Assembly: GCF_004010195.1 (NCBI RefSeq)
Contig: NC_057720.1
Location: 90,351,801-90,415,800, forward strand
Reading direction: 5' to 3'
Source of the DNA: Chiloscyllium plagiosum
Taxonomy: Eukaryota
DNA: 64,000 nucleotides
Shown here piece after piece: positions 13,255-26,009 of this stretch (position 1 is the first letter of the stretch; each line of letters starts with the position of its first letter). The notes below the pieces were generated by a model that was given only the letters and a program-made list of their open reading frames with translations, did no database searches and was not told the origin of the DNA. The translations under genes were made by a program, and so were the position numbers.

Positions 13255-13472
13255 AAAGTGAGGACTGCAGATGCTGGAAACCAGATTTTAGATCAGAGTG
13301 GTGCTGGAAAAGCACAGCGGGTCAGGCAGCATCAGAGAAGCAGGAAAATCGATGTTTCGTGCAAAAGTCCTTCATCAAGAATTGATGATGAATGGCTTTT
13401 GCCCGAAACGTCGATTTTCCTGCTCTCCGGATGCTGCCTGACCTGCTGTGCTTTTCAAGCGCCACTTTGATC
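13255..13472. mobile_element. Fold-back Penelope-derived element with degenerate hammerhead cores
   Basis: Inverted arms gtgctggaaaagcacagc...ccttcatcaag and gatgaatggcttttgcccgaaacgtcg...gctgtgcttttc. Confidence 0.8.
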
Positions 13473-14027
13473 AAAATGCACGGAATAGACAGCATTGTTG
13501 AAAGATCATTGTCTTTCTCTACTCCATGTACATAATGGGAGATCTGGAGAAAATCTCACAATAAAGCTTGCGAAGACCATAGGTGATGTGGTGAGCTGGT
13601 TTCTACCATTAATCTCCCCAGAACCCACTTCACTAAGATTTCACTGAATCATATAAGGTGGAGCTCAGAAACAGCAAGGAGGAGCAAACATTGATGGGAG
13701 TTTTATGCCAAAGTGAAAGCTTCAATACATATTTTGGGCATGTTATAAAACAGGAAATGGGATATATACGTATCTGTGTACTGCAGTAACAATGTACTGT
13801 TTAAATTATATCGAAGCTGTGCAAATCCAACTGAATGTTAATGCTCGGAAAAAATGGATTTCATGAGCACGTGTGAGATGGCTTGCATTAACATTATTTC
13901 GAGCACCGAGCTCGAGATCAGGTTATTTAGGAATTGGTGTTGAATGATCAGAAGAGCTAATTGAAACCTTTGCTGTAAAGGACCATTTGGGAACAGTGAC
14001 CGCAACTTTTTAGTTGAGATTCGATTT

Positions 14028-14330
14028 CCCACAGTATGGAAACAGGCCCTTCGGACCAGCAAGTCCACATCAACCCTCCAAAGCATAATCCACCCAGATC
14101 GTTTTCCCTCTGATTAATGCACCTGCCACTTTGAACAGTTCAATATGGTCAATTCACCTGACTTGCACATCTTTGGACTGTGGGAGGAACTGGAGCACCC
14201 GGAGGAAACCCACGTAGACGTGGGGAGAATGTGAAAACTCCATACAGATAGTCGCATGTGGCTGGAATCAAATAGGGGTCCCTGTTGTTGTGAGGGCAGC
14301 AGTGCGCGACAATGAGCAACGGTACTGCCT
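14028..14330 (-). mobile_element. tRNA-derived SINE (HE1-like)
   Basis: Reverse complement of the SINE at 59599-59938 (gcacatctttggactgtgggagg...ggaggaaacccacg). Confidence 0.8.
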
Positions 14331-14429
14331 GTATTGGTTTTCTTTTATGCTGTTTGAGTACACAACAGTTTTTGTTTTATTTGAAGTAACGGTTATGAAT
14401 CTGAGTCAGGCAAGCCATGAAGGTGTAAG

Positions 14430-15140
14430 GAGAAAGTGAGGACTGCAGATGTTGGAGATCAGAGACGAAGAATGTGGTGCTGGAAAAGTACAGCCGGTCA
14501 GCCAGCATATTAGTAGCATGAGCATCGACGAGTTGGGCAGAAGCCCTTCATCAGGAATGAGGCTTGCGGGCCAAGTGGGCTGAGAGATAAATGGGTTGGG
14601 GGTGTGGCGGGAGTACGTAGTCACGATGTGATAGGTAGATGAAGGAGGGGTTGAAAGTGATAGGTGATGAAGGGAGACACAACACTTCATCTACTGCATC
14701 CATTCAACCCGATGTGGTCTCCTCAACATCGGCGAGATAGGACATCAACTTGTGGATCGTTTCAGAGACACACTCTGGTACAGCCACACTGACCAACTTC
14801 ACCACCTTGAGGCTGAACACTTTAACTCCCCCTCCCAAACCACCAAGGACATGCAGGTCCTGGGCCTCCTCCATCGCCAAACCGTAACCACCTGACACAT
14901 GAAGGAAGAAAGCCTCATCGTCCGCCATTGGACCCTCCAACCACAGGGGATCAATGTGGATTTCACCAGTTTCACCATTTCCTCTCCTCCCACCTTATCC
15001 CAGTCCAAACTTCCAACTCAGCACCTCCCTCTTGAATGTTCCTGTATGTCCATCTTCCTTTCCAACTATTCACTCGACCCTCCTCTCCGACCTATCACTT
15101 TCACAATCACCTCCCCGCCCCCCCCTGCCCCCAATTACCT
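14430..15140 (+). mobile_element. Penelope-like element 3' fragment (GIY-YIG) with inverted terminal repeat upstream
   Basis: From about 14685 the + strand gives remnants of IYCI..RCGLL.IGE.G.QL.DRFR, a GIY-YIG signature; 14430-14670 is the terminal repeat in reverse orientation. Confidence 0.75.
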
Positions 15141-15299
15141 TTTACATCAAAGGAAGCAGATTAGAAAAATGACAAGTATTGTAGTAAGCTAATGGATTCA
15201 GAGTAATGACGTACCCAGCAATGGAGGACAAAGAAACAGAGAAAAAAAAACAAAAAGAGAAAAAGTATGCCAACAAAAAAACAACGTAAAAACTGCTTA

Positions 15300-18090
15300 A
15301 AAGCTTCTATCAATATATGAAACAACAATAAAAACAAGGTCAAATGTGGAACAGTGAGTGTGCGGACAGGGTAATTTATTGTAGAGAACAGGGACATTAC
15401 AGGGAAAATAAACAGTTTCTTTGTGCCTGCCTTCATGGAAGAATATCCAGAAGTTCTCCCAGAAATACCAAGTGACCAGTGCACTCGTGTAAATAAAGAC
15501 TATGATCATTCATATCTGTGATGAGGTAATATTTGAAAAGATAACTGGATTGAGTGTTGATAAATCTGACAGACCAGATTTACTTCATACAAAAATTTCA
15601 GTGGAAAAAGTAATAGTCATATTGTTGCATTACGGATTTTCATATTATTTTCCGACCCATTCCCGAAAGACAGGTAACCAATCGGGATAAGGGACGGTTA
15701 TAAATATTATCCGCCAGTTTAAGTAAGGAGAGTGGTGAACTACAGACCAGTAGCTTGTCATCCGTAGTTGAGTGTCTGTTGGACTCGATTACAAAGAACA
15801 TGCGACTAGATATATAGAAGATAATGGGAAAACTGGGGAGTATGATATTGCATCGATGAAAGGAAAACCATAAGTGGCAAACATTTTTTGGAATGGTTTG
15901 AAGATGGTTCTTGTCGATATTAGCAATGAGGAACCAATGGATAACGTATAGTTGGATATTCAAGAGCATTGTTTTCAGAACACACATATTAATATCATAA
16001 GAAAAGTTAAAGCAAAAAGTATTGTGCAGATGGGACAGTGAAAAGTAGGTTTACATCCATGTGGATTTAATTGGACTATAGAAGATGTCGTGCACCCGTT
16101 GTATAGCGTGTTGCTGAGAAAAAACTGAGAGTATTGTGTACTGTTGTGCAGTCTCCATCTAAGAAAGAATATACTGAATACAGAGGATCTGCAAAAGGCA
16201 TTCTCCACATTAATCCCTAAGACGGCAAGATTGTCTGACTGGGAAACCCAGCCTGTGATCTCGAATTTCAAATAATGAGACGTGATCGTAGTGCATCTTA
16301 GAAATTAAGAAACGTACAGGGGACTGAATAAGACTGGGACACGGAGAACTGCAAGCAGGCGCAATTAGGGAGAATCCCATGATATTCTATACAGACAACA
16401 AGTAGAACAGAATAATCAGTGAACAGTTTGTGACCATTAGAAACCATACGGGGCAATCTGTGTGTGAAGCTGGAGAACATTGAGAGATTGTGACATGAGA
16501 GCTTCACATCTGTTTTACTTGGGAGAAGGAGGAGACAGGAACAGAATTCGAGAAGATGGATGGGGAAGGTCTTGAACAGATTGATGTAAAATGCGAGCAG
16601 GAATTTGAGGATTTGGCTGATAGAAAATTGGACTGATTGCCAGGTCTGACTGAGTTGTATCACAAGCTGTTGTGGGAGACATGGAGGAAAGACCCTGACT
16701 GAAAAAGTTAATTAGAATCTGATCATAGGGGAGGTGTCAGAGGACTGGAGATCAGCTAATGCAATTCCACTTTCCAGTAAGGATGGAAGAGATAGACCGG
16801 GAAGTATAGACAAGAAAGTATTAGATCACTGCTCGGGAAACTACTGGAGAAAATAGGGAAGGAGAAAATTGAACCCCAATCAGAATGGCAAGGCTTGATC
16901 AGGGATAATAATCATAACTTTATCAGAGGGAAGTCACACCTACCGAATGTGAATTAGTTTGAGGAGGTCGCTGAATTAGTTTTGCAGCAAGGCCTTTGAC
17001 AAAGCTCCACATGGGAAAATGAAAAATAAAGTAAAATCCCATGGAATCAAGGATAACTTGATAAGTTACAATGAAAATTGCCTCAGTGGCAGGAGTCAGA
17101 GTGTGGTGGGAGAAGGCTGTTTGTGTGACTGGAGACCAGTGACCCTGGCGTAGCACAGGGATCAGTGCTGTGTCCCTTATTGTTTGTGGTATTCATAAAA
17201 TGTGCAGATGTGAATATGGGGGGTGGGTGAAGGGGGTGGGGGTTGTGATAAGTAACTTTGTGTTTGCCTGGTAGTGGGGAGGACGGTCTTATGTTACAGA
17301 AAGATACACATGGATCGGTCAGATGGGCAGATCAATGGCAGATGGAACATAAACCTAATAAATATGAAGTGATACACTTTGGAAGAAGGAACGAGACAGG
17401 GGAGGACTCAATGAATGGCAGCACACTAGGGAGCTCAGAGGGTGCTTCTCCACACATCCCTGAGTGTGACTGGACAATGTAATACGTTAGTTAAGAAGTG
17501 GATTTTGGGTGTAGCAATTATTAAGCGGTGCATGGATTATAAGAGCTATGCACGTCTTTGGTGAGGCCAATATGGAGTACTGTGTAATTCTGGGAGCCAC
17601 ATTACAGCAAGGACGTGATGGCACAGGAGGGTGTGCTGAGGAGATTCACCAGGATGTTCCCTGGGATAGAACATAACAGCTATGGAGAGAGGCTGGATAA
17701 GCTCGGGTTGTTTAGTTTGGAGCAGAGGTGGCTGAGGGAGATGTGATTCAGAAGGACAGGATGATGAGGGGCATGGAGAGGGTGGATAGACAGCAGCTGT
17801 TCCCCTTAGACAGAGATTCAAGAACAAGTGAGCACACTTGTAAAGTGAAGGGTTTGAGGGTTAGTGAGGATTAAAAGATAGTTTTCTTTCACCCAGGGGG
17901 TGTTGGGATCAGGAATTTAATTCCTGAGAGGAGAGTTATCACGGGTATCCTCACAGCCATTAAAAAGTGCTTTGATGAGCAATTGGAAGTGTCATAATAT
18001 TCCAGGCTATGGGCCTGGTGTAGGAAAGTGAGACTACTGTAGATCGTGCAGTATTTCTGACAGTACAGAATATATGCTCCTGTGAGTGTA
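15300..18090 (+). mobile_element. Cluster of decayed CR1-type LINE ORF2 fragments (at least two copies)
   Basis: Remnants such as DKSDRPDLLH, WADQWQME...EVIHFGR and gagtattgtgta (EYCV); many frameshifts. Confidence 0.75.
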
Positions 18091-18559
18091 TGGCTGTGCA
18101 AGATCAGTCATTGAGCACCCTAAGGCAGGAATTGATGGGTTCCTGAGAAGTATATTCACAAGGGTTATAAGAGTGAACTGTAATAGCTTGTTAAATCATG
18201 TCAATGTGAGAAGTATGAGAAAACAAGTGCAGTTTCCTTACAATCTGAAACCAGAGAAAAGGAATGGGGAACAAGGAAATGGCAGAACTATGAAGTCACT
18301 ACCTCAGTTCTGCCTTCACAGAACTTTCTAACAATACTAGGAAAACGAAGTCTGGTGTGGAAAATTATACCGTACATGGAACATAGAGCATGGGAAGTAA
18401 ATGGTTTTGGAGAAATTATTGGGAGTGAAAGTAATGGTCATAAACAACGCTAACATAGATTTATGAAATGGGAATTATGTTTGAGAAGCAGACTGGGAGA
18501 CAAATGAAACAGAAGCAATGGATATAAAACATTTGCATTTTCAGAAAAAAATTGGATGC

Positions 18560-20400
18560 AAGATGTACTCTGCGTGGGGAATTTCAATGTCCACCACCAA
18601 GAGTGGCTCTGCAGCAGCATTACTGATCGAGCTGGTCGGCTCCTAAAGGATATAACTGTTAGGCTGGGTCTACGGTAGGTGATGAAGGAACCAACAAGAG
18701 GAAAATACATACTTGACTACATCCTTACTAATCTGCCAGGTGCAGAAATATTTGTCCATGACAGTATCGGTAAGAGTGAACACTGCATAGTCATTGTAGA
18801 AATAAAGTCACACCTTCACATTGAGAATAACCTGCATCATTTTAAGTGGCACTGACCCCGTGCTCAATAAGACTGACTTCAAGCAGATGTATCAGCTCAA
18901 GTCTGAGTTTCCATAATGCGCTGTGGCTCAGCAATAGCAGCAGAATTGTACTCCAGCACAATCTCATGGCCTGGCATATCCCCCTCACAATAATTACCAT
19001 CAAGCCAGAGGATCAACTTTGGTTCAATGGAGAGTGCAGGAGGGCAGGAGCAGCAACGGGCATACCTGAAAATGAGGTGTCAGCCTGGTGAAGTTACCAA
19101 CCAGGACAACGTGTGTGCCAAACAGCATAAGCAGTAAGTGATGGACAGAGCTAAGTGATCCTACAAACAACGGTTCAGATCTAAGCTCTGCATTCCTTCC
19201 ACTTCTAGTTGAGAATAGTTGTGGACAATTAAACAAGTTGTGGAGGAGGAGATTCCACAAGTATCCCCATCCTTAATGATGGAAGAGCCCAGCACTTCAG
19301 TGCAAAAGATAAGGTTGATGCATTCGCAACAATCTTCAGTCAGAAGTGCTGAGTGGATGATCCATCTCGACCTCCTTCAGTGCTCGTCAGCAATTCAGTT
19401 AACAGTCATCAGCCAATTTGATTCAGTCCACGCGATATCCAGATTCAGTTCGAGACACTGGATACTCCAAAGGGTACATACCCTGACAACACTCTGGCAA
19501 TAGTACTGAAAACTTGTGCTGCAGAACTTGTCACTGCCCTAACTAAGCTGTTTCAATATCATGACAACAAAATTTCCCCGATTACGTGAAAATTGCCCAA
19601 GTATCTCCTAAACATAAAAAGCAGAACAAATCCAATCCGGCCAATTACCAACCCTTCAGTAAAGTGGTGGAAGGTGTCAGTGCTTTCAAGCAGCACCTGC
19701 TCAGCAATAACCAGGTCAATGACACTCAGTTTGGGCTCCACCAGGGTCACTCAGCTCCTGATCTCATTAGCTTGGTTCAAACATGGATAAAAGAGATGAA
19801 TTCCAGAGGTGGGGTGAGAGTGACAGCCCTTTAAATCAAGGCTGCCTTTTGCCAAGTGTGGCATCAAGGGGCCTTAGCAAAACTGGGATCAATGGGTACC
19901 AGGGGCAAACTCCCCGCTGGTTAGAATCATACCTGACACGTAAGAAGATGTTCATGGTTGATAAAGGTCAGTCAACTCAGCTCCAGAACAAGTCTGTAGG
20001 AGTCCCTCGGGCAGTGGCCTCGGCCCAAACATCTTCAGGGCTGCTTCATCAATGAGCTTCCCTCCATTTTAACGTCAGAAGTGGGAACGTTCGCCAATGA
20101 TTGCACAATGTTCAGCAACATTTGTGGCTCCTCAGATACTGAAGCAGTCCATGTCCAAATACGACAAGATCGAGACAGTATCCAGGCTGACAAGTGGTAA
20201 GTAATAGTCAGACCACACAAAGACCCTGACCATCATCACAAAAATGCAACCGAAACACGGACCGCTCCTGAGTATTCAATGGTGCTACCATCACTGAATC
20301 CACAGTTGACTGCAACGGTTCAACAAGGCAGCTCACCACCACCTTCTCAAGGGGAAAATAGGGACAGGTAATAAATGCTGGCCCAGCCAGTCACACACAG
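18560..20400 (+). mobile_element. Non-LTR retrotransposon (CR1/L2 group), endonuclease end plus RT, decayed
   Basis: G.FNVHHQEWL, SNPANYQP, QFGLHQGHSAPDLI, GVPR, FA.DC remnants. Reverse-strand pieces of the same family at about 1450-1640, 22900-23040, 23820-24200, 34860-35200 and 43330-43640. Confidence 0.75.
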
Positions 20401-20429
20401 ATTCAGGAAATTTTTTTTTATATATACTT

Positions 20430-21420
20430 AACAGAGAAGGTTGCTTAGTTATCATAGGGATCGGTGCTCAGGCCTCAGCTGTTCACAATACCCATTAACC
20501 ATTTGGTTGTGGGAATCAAATACAATATATCCCAACCTGCTGACAGCACTAAAGGGTGTTGGATTGTGAGTGGGTGAGGAGGTTGCAAAAAAGCTTCAAG
20601 GTGACTAAGACAAGTGGTGTGAATGGGCAAATAAGTGTCAGTTGGAGAGCAAGGTGGGTAGAGGTGACGGTGTGCCCTTTGGTGGGAACAATAGACTAGA
20701 AGCCTGTTGTTTGAAAAGGTATTGTTTGAAACATGTTGATCTACAAAGGGACGTATGCTCATGTTTGTTGTTTCCTTCTGAGCAGCCCTCCGAGGTCCCT
20801 GCAGCACAGTGAGGTCTGACCCAAAAGTCAATACTGGGAATTGCATTAGCACGCTAACCAGTGTACATAGACCCACCAAGTGGGGAGCTGTAACATTGTA
20901 AAGCATCTTTATCTCCTTGTACACCAGTTACTGAAAGCAATATTGAAGGAAATAAAACAGTTAGGAAGATCCATGGTGTGCTGACCTTCATTTCAGGGAC
21001 ATTTGAGTCCAGGAGTAAGGGCGTCTTACTGCAGCTGTACAGGGCCTTAGTAAGACCCCATCTCGAAAATTGTGCAATATTGTGTGCAGTTTTGATCTCT
21101 GTACCTAACAAAGGACAAACCTGACATTGAGGGAGAGCAGAGAAAGATTACCAGACCGATCTCTAGGATGACAGGCTTGTTGTGAGAGCAGTGTCTGGGG
21201 CGACTGGGCCTATATTCCATTGAGTTTAGGAAAATGGGTGGAGATCTCAGTGAGATATATAAAACTCTGACAGGGTGAGACAGATTGGAAGCAGGGATGA
21301 TAATTCCCCAGGCTGTGGTGTCTAAAACAAGGGGCCACAGTATTAGGTAGAGACAGGCCATTCTGCATTGAGATGACAATAAATGTCTGCACTCAGAGAC
21401 TGGTGAACCTGGGGAATGCG
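20430..21420 (+). mobile_element. Decayed CR1-type LINE 3' fragment
   Basis: ctgcagctgtacagggccttagtaagaccccatctcgaa encodes LQLYRALVRPHLE. Confidence 0.7.
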
Positions 21421-22143
21421 CTGGAACCTGGAAGCCAACACACTGAATTGCCCGTAGTGTTAGGTAAGAGGTACACGTATGGGTGGGTTGCACTTCGGCG
21501 GGGCGGTGTGGACTTGTTGGGCCGAAGGGCCTGTTTCCACACTGTAAGTAATCTAATCTAAAGGGATAGTGGGAGAACAGGAGAAAGGGCCAACAAATGC
21601 TATATTGAATTGGGTAGCAAACTCGATGGGCCAAAGGGACTACTGCACTTCCTATTTTATAGCTTCCCAAGGTTAATTACGTGAACGTATATATTCATTG
21701 TGTGGGATAAGTGCATTGCGGAGATGTTTGAACATGAACGACAATGAGGAAGGCTCAATGTGTTGTATGGCCTACTCCATTCCTGATGTTTCTGTGCAGT
21801 CTGTGGGAAAGCTCTGTAAATGCTGTCACAAGCTCTCAAATGTTAGAAAGGAGGTCTCTGCAGTGTCGACAGGTCTGTGTTTCCCGTTACTTTTCCGTTA
21901 CTGAGGCTGGGGCCGGGTGTTCTGTCCGGTTTTATCCTTTAAGACCTCGAAACAGTTTAATACAATAGAGTGTCATGCTTGGCCGATTCAGAGACCATTG
22001 AAGAGTTTATCACATGTCTGTGTGTCTGCAGTCACATTTAGGCCAGACGAGGAAAGCATGGAGATTCACTTCCTGAAAGTACATTGGGGAAAGAAATTGG
22101 TGTGTACAATCGACATTGGCTTCAAGGGCGCTATTACCGACAG

Positions 22144-22725
22144 AGAAAGTGAGGGCTGCAGATGCTGGAGATCAGAGCTGAAAATGTGTTGCTGGAAAAG
22201 CGCAGCAGGTCAGGCAGCATCCAAGGAACAGTAGAATCGACGTTTCGGGCATAAGCCCTTCTTCAGGAATGAGGAAAGTGTGTCCAGCAGGCTAAGATAA
22301 AAGGTAGGGAGAAGGGACTTGGGGGAGGGGCGTTGGAGATGCGATAGGTGGAGAGATGTCTGTGCAGAGGAGATGACTTGGGATCTCCAGCATCTGCAGT
22401 CCTCACTTTCTCCTCGAAGATTTTAACCTACTGCGAATCCTCTTACAAGGATGCCTTCCTTGAAGAAGCTCTCTTCCTCCCTCTACAAGGATTTCAATGA
22501 GTCCCTCTCTCACTGCACACCCCAGGTCATCTCCTCTGCACAGACCACCCTCCACCGATCGCATTTCCAACGCCCCTCCCCCAAGTCCCTCCTCCCTACC
22601 TTTTATCTTAGCCTGCTGGACACACTTTCCTCATTCCTGAAGAAGGGCTTATGCCCGAAACGTCGTCTCCTGTTCCTTGGATGCTGCCGGACCTGCTGTG
22701 CTTTTCCAGCAACACATCTTCAGCA
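22144..22725. mobile_element. Fold-back Penelope-derived element (~580 bp) with TSD and two hammerhead cores
   Basis: About 200-bp inverted arms; flanking ctattaccgacag (22131-22143) and ctattactgacag (22726-22738). Confidence 0.85.
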
Positions 22726-23047
22726 CTATTACTGACAGCAGATTTTGCAGCTAATTATTTTGTCAATTGTTTTTAACTTCCAGAGTATTAACCTCGTCTG
22801 GATTAGTAATCCAGTGACATTTCCACAACAACACCATCTCCACATGGGGACCTATCAGAAACCTGGTTATTTTTGTGCTGCTCCGTCAAAACTATCTCCC
22901 ACCAATTTGACTGCTGTGATGGGACGGAAGGGGTGGCAAATGATCAGATTGTAGTTATTCTCCTCTGAGGGGACTGGACATAGCTGAGTAATTTTCCACA
23001 TTGCTAGGGATATGTCAGAGTTGGAGCTGGAATGAAACAGCTTCCCC

Positions 23048-23820
23048 AACGCCACACTCACAGGAATCCGATTCACAAGAGAAGAAGAAAAGGATAGCCA
23101 ACTCCCATTCCTAGACGTGATGGTACAGAGAACATCAAACGGAAAATTCACTACAAGGGTATTCAGGAAAGCCACACAAACAGACCAAGTCCTAAACTAT
23201 GAAAGTAATCACCCCAACACACACAAACGAAGCTGCATCAGGACACTATTCAGAAGGGCCACAACACATTGCAGTACACCAGAACTGCAAAAAGAAGAAG
23301 AGGAACACCTATACAAGGTATTCGCCAAAAACGGATACCCGCGCAACTTCATCAACAGATGCCTAAGAGAAAGACCACGGAACAAGGACATACCACAACC
23401 AAAAGGACTAGCCAAACTACCATCCATCAGGAGCATCTCAGAACTGACAGCCAGACTACTGCGACCCCTAGGACTCATAACAGCACACAAACCAACAGCC
23501 ACGCTCAGACAACAACTCACCAGAACGAAGGACCCAATACCCAACATGAGCAANNNNNNNNNNNNNNNNNNNNNNNNNNNNNNNNNNNNNNNNNNNNNNN
23601 NNNNNNNNNNNNNNNNNNNNNNNNNNNNNNNNNNNNNNNNNNNNNNNNNNNNNNNNNNTATAAACACCGGAGGAAACATCAAAGAAGCGCTTCGCAGGAG
23701 GCTCCCAAGCACTGAAGATGTCGCCTAGCCAGGGGACGAAACGTTTGCAACAAAAACTTCCAGCTCGGCGAAGAGAACCACAACAACGAGCACCCAAGCT
23801 ACAAATCTTCGAACAAACTT
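23048..23820 (+). mobile_element. Young 5'-truncated Penelope-like element (RT C-terminus, gap, 3' terminal repeat)
   Basis: Open frame IRFTREEEKDSQLPFLDVMV...VFRKATQTDQVLNYESNHP...LFRRA...KNGYP, the typical PLE RT thumb. The GIY-YIG part would fall in the N gap 23554-23658. Confidence 0.9.
23709..23748 (+). ncRNA. Minimal type I hammerhead ribozyme motif
   Basis: GCA-CUGAAGA-U-GUC(...)GAC-GAAAC-GUU-UGC: conserved core, helix II, 3-bp helix I and palindromic AACGUU in place of helix III. Confidence 0.75.
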
Positions 23821-25684
23821 TGGACACGGCTTGTTGTGCAGCACAAGTCTTCAGTGCTATTGCAGGAATGAGGTCAGGGCCCATTGCCTTTGTCGTACCT
23901 ACTGTGTTCAGCATTTTCTTCATGTCACAAGCAGTAAATCGAATTGGTTGAAGACTGGCAAAACTGATTCTGTGGGCGAGGGTGAGGTTGGTCATCAACT
24001 CTACACTTCTGGCTGAGGATGGTGCAGATGCCACATCCTGGTCTTTTACACTGATTTACAGGACTGTTCGATTATTTAGGATGGGGATATTTGTGCATCC
24101 CTTTCCTCCAGTCATTTGTTTAATCGTCCATCACCATTTATAACTGAACGTGGCAGGATTGCGGAGCTTCGATCACATCTGTTGGTCAAGTGTGGTAACT
24201 TTAATGGGTTAGCATCAGGTTTAGGTTCACGTGGTTCTGACCCTAACATGTTCACAATCACTCGTCACTCAGCCATAGATCTTTTTGATGGTAATGGCAG
24301 ACTGAGGAGATTATCCCAGGCAAAATGTTAAAGTTGTGGTTGAATGCTGTTCTGCTTCTCCTGCTGCTGTGGTCTACAGCACTACATAAAATTGCATTTT
24401 TGAGCTGCAATATCTGCAATGCAATTCTGCTCTTTGTCCCTTCATGCACATCGAGACCCATTCACCCATCAGCCCTGTACTCAGTGACCTACTCTGATTT
24501 CTGATATGGAAATACTTCCACTTTCATACTTTCACTCTGCTGAGGGTCTCTCCCCGGGTCATGCTTCCAATCTGACACATTCAGCAAAACCAATTAACTG
24601 ATTTTAATTCAATTGTTTAATTCATCTGAATCTTTTTTTTTTATTAATACCATCTTCTGTGTTTAAAATGAATGTCTTTCCCTCTGTTTCTCTTCCTGAC
24701 CGTGATTAAGAGCTCTGTAGTATCAGCCTTATGTAGTTTCAGAGCCAATGAATTCTCTGGAGTCCCAATTATCTTCACCACATTGTATGTATTCTCTTTT
24801 GGTTTGATGCCTTATCACTCATGGCTGCCTTCTCCTCCCATGAGTATGTTTAATCTCCTTTGGGATGAATTTCTGATATCCTTCGAATTTTCCACAGAAA
24901 TTCCTACCTTTGCTGCTCCATGGTCTTTCCTGCTCGGCTCCTCTTCCAATTAACTCTGGCCAGCTCCTCCCGCATGTCATTGTAGTTACATTGCTCACTT
25001 ATAATCACATTACACCGAGAAGAGAGCAATAGATATAAACCGAAAGAAGGAGTTTTGAGAGCAGGCACGCGAAGAATAATTGGTAAATGTTTTAACTAGC
25101 CACAAAGAGTGAAAGAGAGAGAGAATATAGATGAGGAAATGTGAAAAATAAGAAAACTAGATTATTGAAAGAATTAGATGTACATTCCTCAATATTTTGG
25201 CAATTCCAGTGTGCTGCGATCCTTTGTACAGTGCAATACAACAGACTAATGTGTTCCAATGCTAGGTCTGATGCCAGAATATTTATCTCCAATAATACAA
25301 CAGACACTAGGTTTGGAAAGAACCGAGCAGGCCAACATATTTAATTCCTGGTAGAAAGGGGATTAACTGAAATAAGTTGGGACACCAGAAGCAAGAATTT
25401 ATAACACACATCCTGATAAGAATGAGAGGTTAGAGTAGTGAATTCCAGAAGGGGAGGGAACGTTGAGAGAAGGGGAACATATCACTTTAGATGAGCATCA
25501 AATAATGTTTTAATATTTTATAAATTTTATACATCATAGGCACCATTTTTCGTTAACTGGGTCTCTGTTGTTCATTCAGAATGTTGCGCACATATGAAAA
25601 ATATTCCTTATCTGCACACACACATTGATTAAACAGTGTATATAAAATCATTTTTCCACCATTGTAATGCTACCAGGATACCAG

Positions 25685-26000
25685 GATAGCTGTTGTCGTG
25701 CTACCAGGATACATGAACCCCAACTGGCCACCAAAAGACACGACTCACTATGCTCCTTACATACAGAGAAAGAAGGGGACCACTTTCACTGGGACAACAC
25801 ACACACATGCTAAGACACGCAAGGACCTTCTTAGAGGAATGGCATTCTAACCAGAAGTCCATCAATAAACACATTAATTTAGATCCTATCTACATTCTCT
25901 TGTTAAAAAAAGAAGCGGAAATGACATCACTCACTTTAAGAAGCCAAGAGCTATAAATAGAGAGGCAGGGCATATCACCAGCGCTTCAGCGAGCCAACTT
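25685..26000 (+). mobile_element. Decayed Penelope-like GIY-YIG C-terminal fragment
   Basis: Remnants IHE.QLATKRHD...HF.WDN...FLEEWHSNQKSINKHINLDPIY. Confidence 0.75.
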
Positions 26001-26009
26001 GCAAACATA

